64,000 nucleotides of DNA. Origin: Eledone cirrhosa. Taxonomy: Eukaryota. The stretch spans positions 131,750,001 to 131,814,000 of the forward strand of contig OZ024745.1 in the NCBI GenBank assembly GCA_964016885.1, in the 5' to 3' direction. This document shows, piece by piece, positions 1 through 13,660 of the stretch (positions are counted from its first letter, which is position 1; each line of letters begins with the position of its first letter). The position numbers and the translations under genes were made by a program. The notes under the pieces are model-generated. The model saw nothing but the letters and a program-made list of their open reading frames with translations, searched no databases and was not told where the DNA came from.

Positions 1-55
1 AATTTGGTGCATTTTAGTATTGGCAATATTTCTTGAGAGTGTGAAAAACAAACTG

Positions 56-296
56 TTGTGTACATATATATATACACACACATACATACAACTACATATA
101 CAACCATATATACACACATATACATACAATTACATATACAACCATATATACATATATATACAACCATACATACTCACATACACACATACAATCACACATA
201 CACATACACACATACAATCTCACATACACACATACAACCACATACACACATACAACCACACATACAACCACACACATACAACCACACACACACACA
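56..296. repeat. (TA/CA)n compound microsatellite
   Basis: Degenerate tacacacata/tacaacca units; explains the H/T/Y/I-rich ORFs at 20-376. Confidence 0.9.
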
Positions 297-548
297 TCAA
301 AATTAGCATGTCACATTTTTATGACTTTTCTTTCTTTTTTCTGTCTTGTTTATTTTTTTGTTTTGAATTTTGCTAACTAAGCACACAAATGTTATTAGTT
401 GTGGCCTGTCTGTGAGAAGTCACGTCATATGGTCCCCATCCACCTTCACAATACTTTTTTCACAGCTAATAAGAGCAAAACTAAAACCTAAAAATATATA
501 AAGACTGGAAACCAGCTTATAAATCATATGCAACAAAATGATTGAATA

Positions 549-735
549 ATGTTGTTGTTATTGTTGTTATTGTTTGTGAATGAAATCAGAAGTGAGTTGT
601 TATGTTGTTGTTATTGTTGTTGTTTGTGAATGAAATCATGAGTTGTTATGTTGTTGTTATTGTTGTTATTGTTTGTGAATGAAATCATGAGTGAGTTGTT
701 ATGTTGTTTGTTTGTGAATGAAATTATGAGTGGAT
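549..735. repeat. Short degenerate tandem repeat (gttgttattgtttgtgaatgaaatcatgagt-like, ~4 copies)
   Basis: tgtttgtgaatgaaat recurs four times. Confidence 0.8.
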
Positions 736-1169
736 AGCAATGTTTGTGAGAGAAAATATTTAAACTGCACAGATTCAGAGGAATTATGAGGCCAAAAAAC
801 TGAACAAACAATGGTAATTAAATGAAATTTAGAAACAGAATATAATGAACTGTTTTGTTAGAGTTGTTAGCTAAAGTATTAAGATGTTAAATATTTACTT
901 TAAATACATATGGACATATTTATTTCATACCTTTTATATTTTGTGAACAATAGCACTGTTGTTTACAGGTTTCCAATGGATCAATAACTATTTATGATAA
1001 TGAAAATGACAGGAGATTTTCATTCAAACTTGGGCTGAACAAATATCACAAAGGATTGTTGTTTGAAAGCACCAAATTATTACTTTTCTAGCCAATACAT
1101 ACATATTTCACAGATATACATCACCAAATGATACACACACATGTATATATAAATAAACACACATATTTT

Positions 1170-1465
1170 ATACATCATCATCACCAATTTATGTCTGCTT
1201 TTCATGTTGGCATGGGTTCGACAGGTTATTAGTTTGAGATGAGGCAGGTCAGATACCATCTTACTCATACATTCCATTTTGGCAAGGTTTCTATGCCTGG
1301 GTACCCTTCTTCATGTGAACCACTTTACAGTGTATATTGGTTATATTTTACAATAGCACCAGCACCACCACTTTACAGATTTTACTGTATGTATTTTTTT
1401 GTGGCACCATAGCACAACTTACAGAATACGGGATGTATTTTATCATGGCACAAGCATTCAACTTA
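1170..1465 (-). mobile_element. Degenerate RTE-tail element (SINE or LINE 3'UTR fragment)
   Basis: catcatcat tail, ttcatgttggcatggg, cccttct..., repeated accactttacag; matches the family at 21585-21805. Confidence 0.65.
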
Positions 1466-1523
1466 TCATCGTCTTCAACTGGTTTAGTTACATGTCTTTG
1501 TTCAGCAGATGTTAATAGCAATA

Positions 1524-1710
1524 ATTGTTTCTGATTTAGGCACAAGGACAACAATTTTTGGGGAGAGGGGGAAATCGATTAAATTGACCCCAGTGTTTGA
1601 CTGGTATTTTATTTTATTGATGAAAGGCAAAGCTAACCTTGGCGGAATTTGAACTCAGAAGATAAAGGGTTGTAACTCTATGCTGTAAAACATGGTACCT
1701 GATACTGCTG
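1524..1710 (-). mobile_element. tRNA-derived SINE family A (Meta/MESC-like central domain)
   Basis: Reverse B-box (atttgaactcaga), gaaaggcaaagctaacct and tttaggcacaagg tail; homologous to 19932-20111. Confidence 0.75.
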
Positions 1711-1991
1711 ATCCAAAATTACCAGATCGCTAACAATAGAGCTGCTAGGGTAAATCTGATGCCATTTTTGGAATTTGCTCTTTTAATATACTCCAAAGTC
1801 TAGATTTATTGTTTCTGGAGTTATTTTAGTATTTCAGACTCATTCTATATTTTATCACTCCGAGAAGGATGAAAAGTAAAATACACTTCAGTGAGATTTG
1901 AACTCTGAATATAAATAAATGAATACCACAAATCATTTTGTCCAACAGTACAATTGTACTGATTATCTTCCATTAACTATAACTATAAATA

Positions 1992-2254
1992 GCCCTTGGG
2001 GGGCCCAGGGCACTTCGGGGGGGGGGGGGGGGGGAGTCCTCCCCAATTTTATATATCAAAGTCAGCTTGGCACAAATAATTGGTATTGAAAAGTTATACA
2101 GACTGGTATTAAATTAAAAAAATCTAAGCATCTTAAAAATTAGAAAGCCCAGCACAGAGCACATATAAATTGCTATGGAAGTCACTGGTGGGGCCGCCAC
2201 TGCAGGGGACCCAGGGCAATTGCCCCTTTTGCTCCCTCATTAAATCCAACCCTG
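1992..2254. mobile_element. hAT-like non-autonomous element fragment
   Basis: Ends taaatccaaccctg (CAGGGCCGGATTTA-type TIR); related copies at ~7330-7443 and, reversed, at ~20879-21005. Confidence 0.55.
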
Positions 2255-2929
2255 TATGTAACTAAAGTTTTTGTGTCATAACATAACTTGAATTATTGCA
2301 TAAACTACAGAATGACGTATCTCTCTTCCAAAACATAGAAGGAATAAATATATAAATATAGTAAAAAAGAAACCTAAAAGAAAACAAAATTGCTTTCTGA
2401 TGCTGTTAACAAAAAACCCGCAAATCTTTTCCATATTTTAAATTCAAATGCCATATTACAAAAAGTATTCATGAATATTTTAGCAATTAATCTTGTCATT
2501 AAAAATATAGCTTGTCACAGAACCGGAGCCAACTGTAGGTTAAGGTTCTATTCCCATTAGACTGGTAGCAGAACACAGATCTTCAGAAAGTTTTTGTATT
2601 GTATAGTCTCAATATTGCAATCCCTCATATATTCAAATTTTACAAAGAACTGAAATATCGAAAATCTGCTCAAAATAACATCATATACACATTAATATCA
2701 GTTGAATATGAAACTATCATTTACAAAGATGTTTTTATATTATAGTATAAATAGAGTAGCACACGCACACACATACAACTCTGCTTTTCAGCCAACATTG
2801 TTAAACAGAGAACTGAAGGAAAACCTATGTATTATCACTAGGAATGTTTTAATATGCAAATCTAAATACCTAGTCTTTTGGCAGCTACTGTAGGACAACA
2901 AAAATACCATGTAGGAAACTTATAGAAAT

Positions 2930-3165
2930 AGTTATAAAGATTTGCTGTGAAGAAGTCAACAAATATAAAGACTGCAATAACAGGAAATAACAGAAGAAAT
3001 TGTGAAAAGACTTAAAGCTAAGATAACAATGGGACTAGAGAATGTCATGCTAAACTGGTGGTAAAGAAAGCCCCAGTATGGTCAGGAATAGAGAAAAATC
3101 ACATTTGCCTGAGAAGTGTAGGAAACAAAACAGAGACTGAAGAATTCTTCATTGCAGCCAGTGAG
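2930..3165 (+). pseudogene. Degenerate R4/Dong-like non-LTR retrotransposon fragment
   Basis: aaaacagagactgaagaattcttcattgcagcc translates KTETEEFFIAA, preceded by W..K..YGQ and KSH-like remnants; resembles the post-RT LKxETEGxxxAAQ motif. Heavily frameshifted. Confidence 0.5.
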
Positions 3166-3179
3166 AACAAATTATAAAA

Positions 3180-3525
3180 CATCATCACCATCATCACCGT
3201 TTAATGTCCATTTTTCCATGCTAGCTAGATGTGAGACAAGTCAGGTGACCATGTCTTGCTCATACAGAACTGATTCTGGCTTGGTTTCTACGGCTGCATG
3301 CCCTTCCTAACTCCAATCACTTTACAGTGTGTACTGAGTCCTTTTTGTCATAACACCTACATGACCACTCTACAGTGTGGACTGGGTGTTTTTTGTCGTG
3401 ACACCTACATGACCCCACTTGTGGACTAGGTGCTTTTTGTTGTGACACCTGCAGTGTGGGTTGGGTACTTTTTGTCATATCACCAACACAACCACTTTAC
3501 AGTGTGGGCTGGGCAATTTTAGTGT
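3180..3525 (-). mobile_element. RTE-tail element with ~4 internal ~48-bp repeats
   Basis: (cat)n tail, ttccatgctagc, gcccttcctaac, repeated accactttacagtgtg. Confidence 0.8.
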
Positions 3526-4068
3526 CACTAAACTGACACAAATTTTAAAACACATACAAAAAATAGTAAATACAAAATCTAAATAAACAAAACAAGTTTT
3601 TTGTGACTTTTTAAAATCCTTTTCTTTTCAATTTTAATTTCCTTCAATTTTAATAGAAGCCCTTTATCAATTCAGATTCAAACCGTCAAATGAAACTTCT
3701 AGAAATCAACCAAAGCAAAAAATCAAATGAAAACACTACACCAAAACAATAACACCAACAATAAAATCATATTAATTTAATTTCTCTTACAGCATTTCTC
3801 CACATTTTTATTTTATGATATTAACTGGTCCTGAACTTCCCACCTTGGCTCTGTTCTCTGATGATATCTTTAGATGACAATTTGACAAGCTATGAATAAT
3901 GTAGAGCACTAATTTGCTGTGTGAGCGGGGTGTGGTGGTGTGGTGCGTGTATCAATTACAATTTTAATGTAATAAACTGCCTATCATTTTTAAATAATCA
4001 AGGATTTTTAGGGACTTAATACAATTTTGTCATTATTTATCTAGTATTTGGAGCGTAGCTGAACAAGC

Positions 4069-4411
4069 TTATTAGTAAACTACTGTAATTCCACCACCTG
4101 TTTATTAGTAACTACTGTAATACCTCCACCTGTTTATTAGTAACTACTGTAATACCACCACCTGTTTATTAGTAACTACTGTAATACCACCACCTGTTTA
4201 TTAGTAACTACTGTAATACCACCACCTGTTTATTAGTAACTACTGTAATACCACCACCTGTTTATTAGTAACTACTGTAATACCACCACCTGTTTATTAG
4301 TAAACTACTGTAATACCACCACCTGTTTATTAGTAACTACTGTAATACCACCACCTGTTTATTAGTAACTACTGTAATACCACCACCTGTTTATTAGTAA
4401 CTACTGTAATT
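4069..4411. repeat. 32-bp minisatellite, ~10.5 copies
   Basis: Unit gtttattagtaactactgtaataccaccacct. Confidence 0.95.
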
Positions 4412-5014
4412 CCTCTCTATGGTTTCTTCAGAAGATTTGTTGTACCATACTTTAAAAAAAGTAAGAATTGCTTTCAGGAAGGGTATCTGCCTCAAAATTC
4501 CCTGTCTAGCCCATGCCAGAAGGGAACAATTAATGTAAACTGATAGGAATAATGATATGAATTTAAGCCACAAAACAAAAATCTACAGGTGCAAACTAAT
4601 TATTGGAAAAATATTGTTTTTATTGAAATTTGAGCAAGGAACTGTAGAAAATATTCAGGTATTCAGTGGTCAAGTCAAAGAATAAAGAAGAGAAAGAGAG
4701 TTGTTTTTTTGAGTGGTGAGTCTTGTTTTTCACAACTGTCCTCTAGTCAACTACACTCTATCATGTTAACAGAAGATCATAAAAATATATTAGAAATTTA
4801 GAAATAAAATGACTTATTTTCTTATGTTTTTGAGATAAGTTATTGAACTACTTCATCTCTTGTGTTTACTAATTCAGATTTATTGGCAAATCAATACACA
4901 AGAGGTAACAGCTCACAACGTAATGATACATGCAAGGTGGAAGCTTCAGGAGTTGACAGGGGAAGATAACTGTGATAACAGTAAAGAAGATGTTAGCTAC
5001 TCTTAGATCTGAAA

Positions 5015-5222
5015 TAGGAGTGGGGAAGTGGGGGTGAGTGGTGAGGTTGGAATAGGTGTGGGGGTGGGGTGTTGTTGGAATAGGCGGGATGGGGTGGAAT
5101 AAGTGGGGACGGGGGTGGAACAAGTGGGGGTAGGGTGGGATTGGAATAGGTGGGGTGGGCTTGAACAAGTGGGGGTGAGGTGGGGTTGAACAAGTGAGTG
5201 TGGGGTGGAATACGTGGGGGGT
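5015..5222 (+). repeat. G-rich low-complexity repeat (gtggggtggaataag-like)
   Basis: Multiple GGGG tracts. Confidence 0.75.
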
Positions 5223-5261
5223 TATCTACTATGTATGTCCAGTAAGACGTAACACTATAAC

Positions 5262-5439
5262 ATAGTCAGAGGCCACATGTGGCCTGTTTGGCTTTCTGAA
5301 TGGCTCACCTAGGTTCAAAATTGCCTTAAATTGTTTAGTAGCACAGCCTGTCTTATGGTGGACCACATCCTATGTGGTCCACCTTAGGATAGGCCCCATC
5401 CTATGTAGCCTGCTGCCTGAAAAAGGTTGCCGAAGCCTG
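5262..5439 (-). mobile_element. hAT/Charlie-like MITE remnant
   Basis: Ends aaaaggttgccgaagcctg; reverse-homologous to 46412-46600. Confidence 0.55.
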
Positions 5440-5445
5440 CTATAC

Positions 5446-5980
5446 CATGATATTATCCACTCTGTCAACTAACCCAATATCATGTTATACTATATGATAT
5501 TATCCACTCTGTCAACTAACCCAATATCATGTTATACTATATGATATTATCCACTCTGTCAACAAACCAATTATCATGTTATACTATATGATATCCACTC
5601 TGTCTACTAACACAGTATCATGTTATACTATATGATATTATCCACTCTGTCAACAAACCAATTATCATGTTATACTATATGATATCCACTCTGTCTACTA
5701 ACACAGTATCATGTTATACTATATGATATCCACTCTGTCTACTAACACAGTATCATGTTATACTATATGATATCCACTCTGTCTACTAACACAATATCAT
5801 GTTATACTATATGATATTATCTACTCTGTCAACTAACCCAATATCATGTTATACTATATGATATCCACTGTCTACTAACACAATATCATGTTATACTATA
5901 TGATATCCACTGTCTACTAACACAATATCATGTTATACTATATGATATTATCTACTAACACAGTATGTTATATCATGATA
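5446..5980. repeat. 42-47-bp minisatellite, ~12 copies
   Basis: Unit atgatattatccactctgtcaactaacccaatatcatgttatactat with small indels. Confidence 0.95.
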
Positions 5981-6086
5981 TAATAAGGAATGTAATTTAT
6001 CTAGGACTGTAGTAACTATATAGTAACTGATATAGTGTAGTGGAAACAGTTTTGTCAAGGTGACCCAACCAACGGTGAACCAAAAT

Positions 6087-6272
6087 AATGGTTTTTGATT
6101 TAGGCACAAGGCCAACAATTTTAAGGGAGAGGGGAATTGATTAAATCAATCCCAGTGCGTTACTGGTACTTTATTTTATCAAACTCGTAAGGATGAAAGG
6201 CAAAGCTAGCCTTGGTGGGATTTGGACTCAGAATGTAAAGGGTTGTAACTATATGCTGCAAAGTGGTTGGCA
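6087..6272 (-). mobile_element. tRNA-derived SINE family A
   Basis: actggtactttattttatc...ggatgaaaggcaaagc, reverse of 19932-20111. Confidence 0.8.
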
Positions 6273-6282
6273 ATATGAAGAG

Positions 6283-6315
<33 letters not shown>

Positions 6316-6680
6316 TTTACATCTACTTTTCCCTGCTTGCAAGGGTGGGACGGGAACTGATTCTGGCTTGATTTCTACAGCTGGATGCCCTTCCAACCTC
6401 ATTTACAGCGAGTGCTGGGTGCTTCTTTTGCCGTGGCGCCTCCATGACCACTTTACAGTGAGTGCTGGGTGCTTCTTTTGCCGTGGCGCGTCCATTACCA
6501 CTTTGCAGTGGAATGATATGGACCCCAGTCCCTATCATCTCATTTCTATAGCTGAGTAAACTGGAGCAATGTGAAATAAATTGTCTTGCTCAAGGAAACA
6601 ACACATCACCCGGTCTGAGAATTGAACTCACAACCTTTCGATTGCAAGCCCAATGCTCTAACAACTAAGCCATGTGCCTT
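6283..6680 (-). mobile_element. tRNA-derived SINE family B (CORE-like domain + RTE tail), full length
   Basis: Close reverse copy of 21121-21460 with one extra internal repeat; A/B boxes at 6625-6680. Confidence 0.85.
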
Positions 6681-8324
6681 CTATAAAAATACATGACTAA
6701 AATAGATGGCATGTACCACAACAAAAATATGGCATTTCTCTTTATTTTTAAGTGAGAAATACAATGAAGGACTGTGAGAAAGGTTAATAGACTGTGTTTG
6801 AACAGACCCATTCAACCCAGCATGGAAGAGAAAAATGACAAAGATGATCTCTGTGAGAGTGATAATATAGGGAGAGAGTGATGGTATAGGGAGAGAGTGA
6901 TGAGATAGGGAAAGTGTTAGTTCCACCATTATCAACCATTATTCCTCCTTGCTAATGTTAGAAAACATCAGAAATCAACAGAAAACCTACTTGGATAGGA
7001 AAAGGTTAAACATTATTGTTTTACACCTACTGATTCTTTTTGATAAACACTATCACAGATATATTATATCACATATATCACATATATTATGCATCACACA
7101 TATTATATCATATATATTATATATATTATATCATATATATTATATATATTATATCATATATTATATATATTATATAATATATATTATATATATTATATCA
7201 CATATATTATATCATATATATTATATATATTATATCACATATATTACATATATCAAAATTTAGAATACACAGCAACCCCCCCCCCCCAAAAAAAAAAATT
7301 AATTTCAAAAATTATAATCATCCTAAAGCTAAAAAGCCCAGGTGAAGGCACAAATAAATTGCTACAGTCGTCACCGATGGGTCCCCCCACTACAAGGGGG
7401 CCTGGAGCAATTGCCCTCTTTGCCCCTCATTAAATCTGGCCCTAGTCAGACATACACATCAAGTGCAACATCAGTGGGGTGTGAAATCCAAATTGAGATG
7501 TTCAAACTATTCCTAAGAGCTTTAGCAGTGTAGGTGAACTATCACCTGTCAAGGATTGAACCTATGTCACAGATTTGGTTCACCAGTTGGTTACCACTTA
7601 TGCTATGACACCTGCTTACAGATGCAACTAAAAATCTCTGCAGCTAAATACGCTCATTTTATATTTAGAGTAGATGAACAGATTGCTTTAGTTTTATGAA
7701 AACTTGTATTGACAGCTCAACGTATTGCTGTCAAGGTAAATAGCCGAGAATTGAGCAACACTGCAGTCCCAAGGCAATAAGAAGAGAAGTTATTTTCACA
7801 ACACTCTCTTTTCCAATATGTTTATTTTTTTGATTCGCAGACATCTACATACATATAACACAAACAAATACATTGATACACACACACAACTTAAATATAA
7901 ATATATTATCTGGTGCAGCCTAAATAAAAGAGTCTAGACAGTGACAGTTGCAAAGATCTTCAGGCAAATGATTAGAAAATTGTGTTACATCTAGACTACA
8001 GCTTGACAATTTTTGTGGTCATTGGGGTATTAGGTTATATGACTGACTTAAGATTAATTCTTGAAAAGCTGGACCAAGGGTGGCAGTGGACGGGGCTCTA
8101 CAACAAGCAACCTGTTGAGATTGATTCACAAAGTAAAAATCCCTTAGAGGGAGCTACTGAAATATTTAACACCGTCCTAAAGTCCAGTTTTTCATTTACA
8201 CAGACTGTTATCTTGTAAACTAAGAAGAAACCTCCCAAGACAGTTTGTTAATCATTAACTGTTAGCTTGATAAAATAAAAACGAAAATAATCTCTCTAAA
8301 GGACACTATATATATCATCTTCAT

Positions 8325-8517
8325 TACATATATATGTATGAAAGTATACATATATATGTATGAAAGTATACATATATATGTATGTAAGTATACATATATA
8401 TGTATGAAAGTATACATATATATGTCTGTAAGTATACATATATATGTATGTAAGTATACATATATATGTATGAAAGTATACATATATATGTATGTAAGTA
8501 TACATATATATGTCTGT
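8325..8517. repeat. 22-bp unit microsatellite-like array (gtatacatatatatgtatgwaa)
   Basis: Direct reading; resumes at 9437-9545 on the other side of the LINE fragment. Confidence 0.85.
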
Positions 8518-9435
8518 ATAACTTTGAATAACTTTGAAATGTTTTGGCCAGTATTGGCCCAGGCCATGTCTAACTTAATAGCACCACCTGGCGAAGTCTT
8601 TCAATTCAGGATTTGGGCACCATGGCCCATTCGAGAAGAGAATTACTGTTTGTGGAGACATATCCGGGTGTGGGTGGTTTGTCCGGGATTACTTGGAGGA
8701 ATTTGTCCAAAGACTTCTTGAATTTTGTGTGGTCAGTTTCTGTTTTGACGTGTCCTGGTGTGATGTTGAAGAGAGCAGGGCCGATTGAGGTGAAATAATT
8801 GTGCCGTATTGTTGTTATGAGTTGCGATTTAGATTTTTGAATGGGACGGATAGCACGGGGCCCAAGCCTTGGGTGTATCTTGAAGGCGATGCCAACATCA
8901 TTTGGGCAGTGATGATGGAATATTTTCCACATCATGCAGATAATATAACGCTCACGGCGACGTTGGAGTGAGTGAAGTTTTAGGTTTTCTAATCGACCCC
9001 AGTAGTCAAGGTCTGACATGCCATCTATCTTTTTCGTGATTGCCCTTTGAGGAGCTTCAAGTTTCATGATACTTTGTTTCGTGTGGGGAGACCACAGTGG
9101 ACAACAGTATTCAAGGTGTGGTCGGGCAAAAGTAGAGAAGAGAAGGATAATGGTGTGGGAATCTCTCGACTGGAAGGTTCTGAGGATCCAGGAACACATT
9201 CTGCGGGCCATGTCAACTTTGCTGCTTATATGCGTGGTCCAGCTTATGTTGCTGTCCACGGTTACTCCCAAGTCTCTGATGTTGTTAGATGCCACGAGAG
9301 TTTCCCCAGAGGGAAGGGAGTACGGGAGTTTCAGAGCATCCTCTTTTCCAAAGTGGATCAGTTCGAATTTGTCTTCGTTCAGTAACATGTTGTTCTTTTC
9401 CGCCCATTGGGTAACAGCCAGTAGGTCTGACTGAA
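8518..9435 (-). mobile_element. 5'-truncated CR1/L2-group LINE: RT C-terminal region + 3'UTR + short repeat tail
   Basis: ORF 8606-9646 contains LQSDL..W...N.M.LN.DK, RDLGV.VD, RPHLEYCCPLWSP, LHSLQRRRER and IPDKP motifs; tail (ttcaaagtta)x2; the ORF N-terminus beyond 9435 is microsatellite. Confidence 0.9.
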
Positions 9436-9634
9436 GGTAAGTATACATATATATGTATGTAAGTATACATATATATGTATGTATATATACATATATATGT
9501 ATGTATGTATATATATGTATGTATGTATACATATATATGTATGTATAATGATGTATGTATGGCACAACGTTAATGTATTTTGAAGAAGACAGGAAAGGTG
9601 TGGTGTGATATCCAGGGGTAGTATTTGTCGTGCT

Positions 9635-9812
9635 ACACACCCGCACTCAGACACTCACACACACACAGTCACTCACACACACACCCGCACTCAGACACTC
9701 ACACACACACACAGTCACTCACACACACACCCGCACACAGTCACTCACACACACACAGTCACTCACACACACACCTGCACACACACACACACATCCGCAC
9801 ACATGCTCACAC
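9635..9812. repeat. (CA)n-based compound repeat
   Basis: acacacagtcactc units. Confidence 0.85.
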
Positions 9813-9866
9813 TTACTAATTTATGATATTGGTCAGAGGTGGACACATTGCAAAGGGGGAGAGTAA

Positions 9867-10342
9867 TGGGGAGGTGGGGGAGGAAAGGGGGACTTGATCC
9901 TAGGGTGGGGAGGTGGGGGAGGAAAGGTGGGACTTGATCCTAGGGTGGGGAGGTGGGGGAGGAAAGGTGGGACTTGATCCTAGGGTGGGGAGGTGGGGGA
10001 GGAAAGGTGGGACTTGATCCTAGGGTGGGGAGGTGGGGGAGGAAAGGGGGACTTGATCCTAGGGTGGGGAGGTGGGGGAGGAAAGGGGGACTTGATCCTA
10101 GGGTGGGGAGGTGGGGGAGGAAAGGGGGACTTGATCCTAGGGTGGGGAGGTGGGGGAGGAAAGGTGGGACTTGATCCTAGGGTGGGGAGGTGGGGGAGGA
10201 AAGGTGGGACTTGATCCTAGGGTGGGGAGGTGGGGGAGGAAAGGTGGGACTTGATCCTAGGGTGGGGAGGTGGGGGAGGAAAGGTGGGATTGAACCTAGG
10301 GTGGGGAGGTGGGGGAGGAAAGGTGGGACTTGATCCTAGGGT
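9867..10342 (+). repeat. 40-bp G-rich minisatellite, ~12 copies
   Basis: Unit ggggaggtgggggaggaaaggtgggacttgatcctagggt. Confidence 0.95.
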
Positions 10343-10964
10343 GCAACAAGGAAAACATTGTTGTAAGAATATTAAATGAAGTGTCCTAACATTACTGCCA
10401 CCCTTGAAGTATAAACCAGGGTATAGCTGTAATATACTAGAATTTTCATCAAACTGATATTGATAGTGACACCATTCATGGCTAGAAATAGCAGCCAAAT
10501 CTCCCTCAACTCCCTACCATTTGGATAATTTGAAGAACAAATACAGGATGGACATGGTTTCAATGTATTTATAAGGTTTGATTGTTCATAGCTAACTTGA
10601 GTCTAATCAACAATAACTACATATACATTTGTTTGTGTATATACATCTATGTTTCTACATATGTATATGTGTGATGTAAATCTGTGTATTGTGTGTATGT
10701 GCTTGTGTGTGTCAGTACTTTATATATGTATGTGCATGTGTGTGTATGTGCAATATTGTTTTGTATTTATGCATGAATTGCTATGCATGTGTAGATGAAT
10801 GCATATTTGATTGTGTTATGCATCAATGCACATTTCTGTATGTTTATGCTAGAGCAAGTCAATGTGTACATGTCTGTTTGTGTTAAAACTATGTGCATGT
10901 ATTTATACATTGTATGTATGCTTGTAATCTTTGAGTGGATGATCTGTTTATATGCATGTATGTA

Positions 10965-11205
10965 AATGTTGTTGTTTAGCCCTAGGTCAGCTCTGGTTGA
11001 GCAGATATATGAGTAAAACTTTGTCCAATCTGTTCTGTCTTTTATACAGATGGTAGGCTGCGATTTGAGTGAGATATAGCTGTTAAATGCAGCACACCAA
11101 GCAACCATGTAGAATCTCCGTCATTGGCTTGTCTTTGACCTTCATTCTTAAAAAAAATAAGATGTAACTAGTGGGTGACCTGGCTATTATTTCAAGCATA
11201 ACATG
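10965..11205 (-). mobile_element. Dispersed repeat family C (SINE-like 3' end, (caa)n tail)
   Basis: gttgtttagccctaggtcag...ggctattatttc; related pieces at ~10470-10615(+), 45765-45955, 47558-47735, 50175-50368 and 53470-53650(+). Confidence 0.55.
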
Positions 11206-11662
11206 AGATTATGAAGAGATTTCTTAAAAATAAAAAGTATCTGTTTGAGACAAGGGTGGTAAGAAGATGAGAGTTGGTGGGCATGGAAGATAAATAGAAA
11301 CAAAAACACTAAAAGAGACACACTAGAACTAAGAACAAGAAGATAAAGAAAAACTAAACAAATAACAACAGCAAAGGCTTATAAAAAATAAGACCCCCCC
11401 CCTCCAAAAAATAACCAAAGACAGGACAACAATAATATAAGGAACTAGAACAACAACACACCAAACACCAACAAAAATATACCAGGTACCACAATAGACC
11501 CTGTAGATACTGGGGAGTAGCTGATATTAAGATGGAAGTCCAGCTATATAAAATCAAGCCCCCAAATATAACTTAAGAGTGTGATGCAATCACCTGATTT
11601 GTCTGGTTTCAAATCTATCAAAACCATGCAAGCATGGAAAACAGATGTACAATAGTTACGCC

Positions 11663-12030
11663 AATGGTGATGATGATGATGATGATGGTGATAGTGATGG
11701 TGATGATGATGATGGTGATGGCGATGTTGATGATGGCAATGATGATGATGGTGATGATGATGATGGTGATGGTGATGATGGTGATGGTGATGATGTTGAT
11801 AATGATGATGATGATGATAATTATTATGATGATGATGATGGTGATGATGATGATATTTATGATGATGATGGTGATGATGATGATGATAATTATGGTGATG
11901 GTGATGATGGTGGTGATGGTGTTGGTGATGATGGTGATGATGATGATGGTGGTGATGATGGTGATGATGATGGTGATGATGATGGTGATGATGATGCTGG
12001 TGATGATGGTGATGATGATGATGAAGATGA
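11663..12030. repeat. (GAT/GGT)n trinucleotide expansion, tail of an RTE-tail element
   Basis: Follows ccatgcaagcatggaaaacagatgt at 11624-11648. Confidence 0.9.
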
Positions 12031-12097
12031 ACAGCAACAATTGCTCAATGTTTATAAGAATAAGTAAAACAGATACGTCGATGATAATGATGCTGCT

Positions 12098-12836
12098 GAA
12101 CACCAACAACAGCAGCAGCAGCAGCAGCAGCAACAACAACAACAACAACAACAGCAACAACAACACCACCACCACCAGCAACAACAACAGCAACAACAAC
12201 AACAACAGCAACAACAACAACACCAACACCAACAACACCAACAACAACAGCAACAACAACAACAGCAATAACAACAACACCAACAACAACAACAGCAACA
12301 ACAACAACAGCAATAACAACAACACCAACAACAACAACAGCAACAACAACAACAGCAATAACAACAACACCAACACCAACAACAGCAACAACAACACCAA
12401 CAACAGCAATAACAACAACAACAGCAATAACAACAACAACACCAACAACAACAGCAATAACAACAACACCACCACCAACAACAGCAATAACAACAACACC
12501 ACCACCAACAACAGCAATAACAACAACAGCAATAACAACAACACCAACAACAACAACAGCAACAACAACAACAGCAATAACAACAACACCAACAACAACA
12601 ACAGCAACAACAACAACAGCAATAACAACAACACCAACACCACCAAAACACCACCACCACCAACGACAACAACAGCAGCAGCACCAACAACAACAACAAC
12701 ACCAACAACAACAGCAATAACAACAACACCAGCAGCACCAACACCACCAACAACAACAGCAGCACCAACACCACCACCACCAACGACAACAACAACAACA
12801 ACAGCAACAACAACAACAACAACACCAACGACAACA
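12098..12836. repeat. (CAA/CAG/CAC)n trinucleotide array with higher-order ~39-bp period
   Basis: Direct reading; source of the poly-N/T/L/V ORFs. Confidence 0.95.
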
Positions 12837-13134
12837 GTTCACTATTTCCATGGCAGTTATGATGTTTGGAAGAATAAAGGAAACAAAAATAAATACGGAA
12901 ATTTAAAAAAAAAAAATCCCATAAAAAAAATAAAAAATAGGAAAAGTTGATACAAAATGAAAGTAAAAAGGAAAAACAACAACAAAAAAGGTAGAAGAGG
13001 TAAAAACAATATTTTGGACCAGAAATTCAATATAAAGAGAAAATAGAGGATGGAGGAGGTTTTTGATAAAAGAGATTAATTTATGAGACATTCTTATAAG
13101 ACTGGGATTAAAGGTACTTGTTTTTATCTGGGAA

Positions 13135-13171
13135 TATGTGTGTGGATGTATGTGTATATATACATATATAT

Positions 13172-13212
<41 letters not shown>

Positions 13213-13237
13213 TATACCCACATATATATATATATAT

Positions 13238-13268
<31 letters not shown>

Positions 13269-13331
13269 CACACACATATATACATAAATACATAAATATA
13301 GATATAAATATTTGAAGATAAATGAATGTGC

Positions 13332-13371
<40 letters not shown>

Positions 13372-13398
13372 GTGTGTGTGTGTGTATATATGTATATA

Positions 13399-13446
<48 letters not shown>

Positions 13447-13660
13447 TATACATATATATACACACACATATACAGACACACACACACATATATACACACA
13501 CACACATATATATACACACACACACATATATATGTACACACACACATATATACACACACACACATATACACACACACACATATATATATACACATATATA
13601 TATACACACACATACATACATACATATATATATATACACATATATATAAACATATACACA
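13135..13660. repeat. (TA)n/(CA)n microsatellite
   Basis: Direct reading. Confidence 0.95.

Noticed and set aside
4069-4411. CRISPR-like regular repeats (also 5446-5980, 50768-51108, 53586-54053)
   Set aside because: Units are contiguous with no unique spacers and no cas genes; eukaryotic minisatellites.
7982-8218. 78-aa ORF in non-repetitive sequence
   Set aside because: Non-ATG start, no motif, no convincing splice sites.
11618-12950. Long ORFs (342-438 aa) of poly-M/N/T/L/V
   Set aside because: Pure trinucleotide arrays open in several frames; the GAT run is a retroelement tail; no splice or domain evidence.
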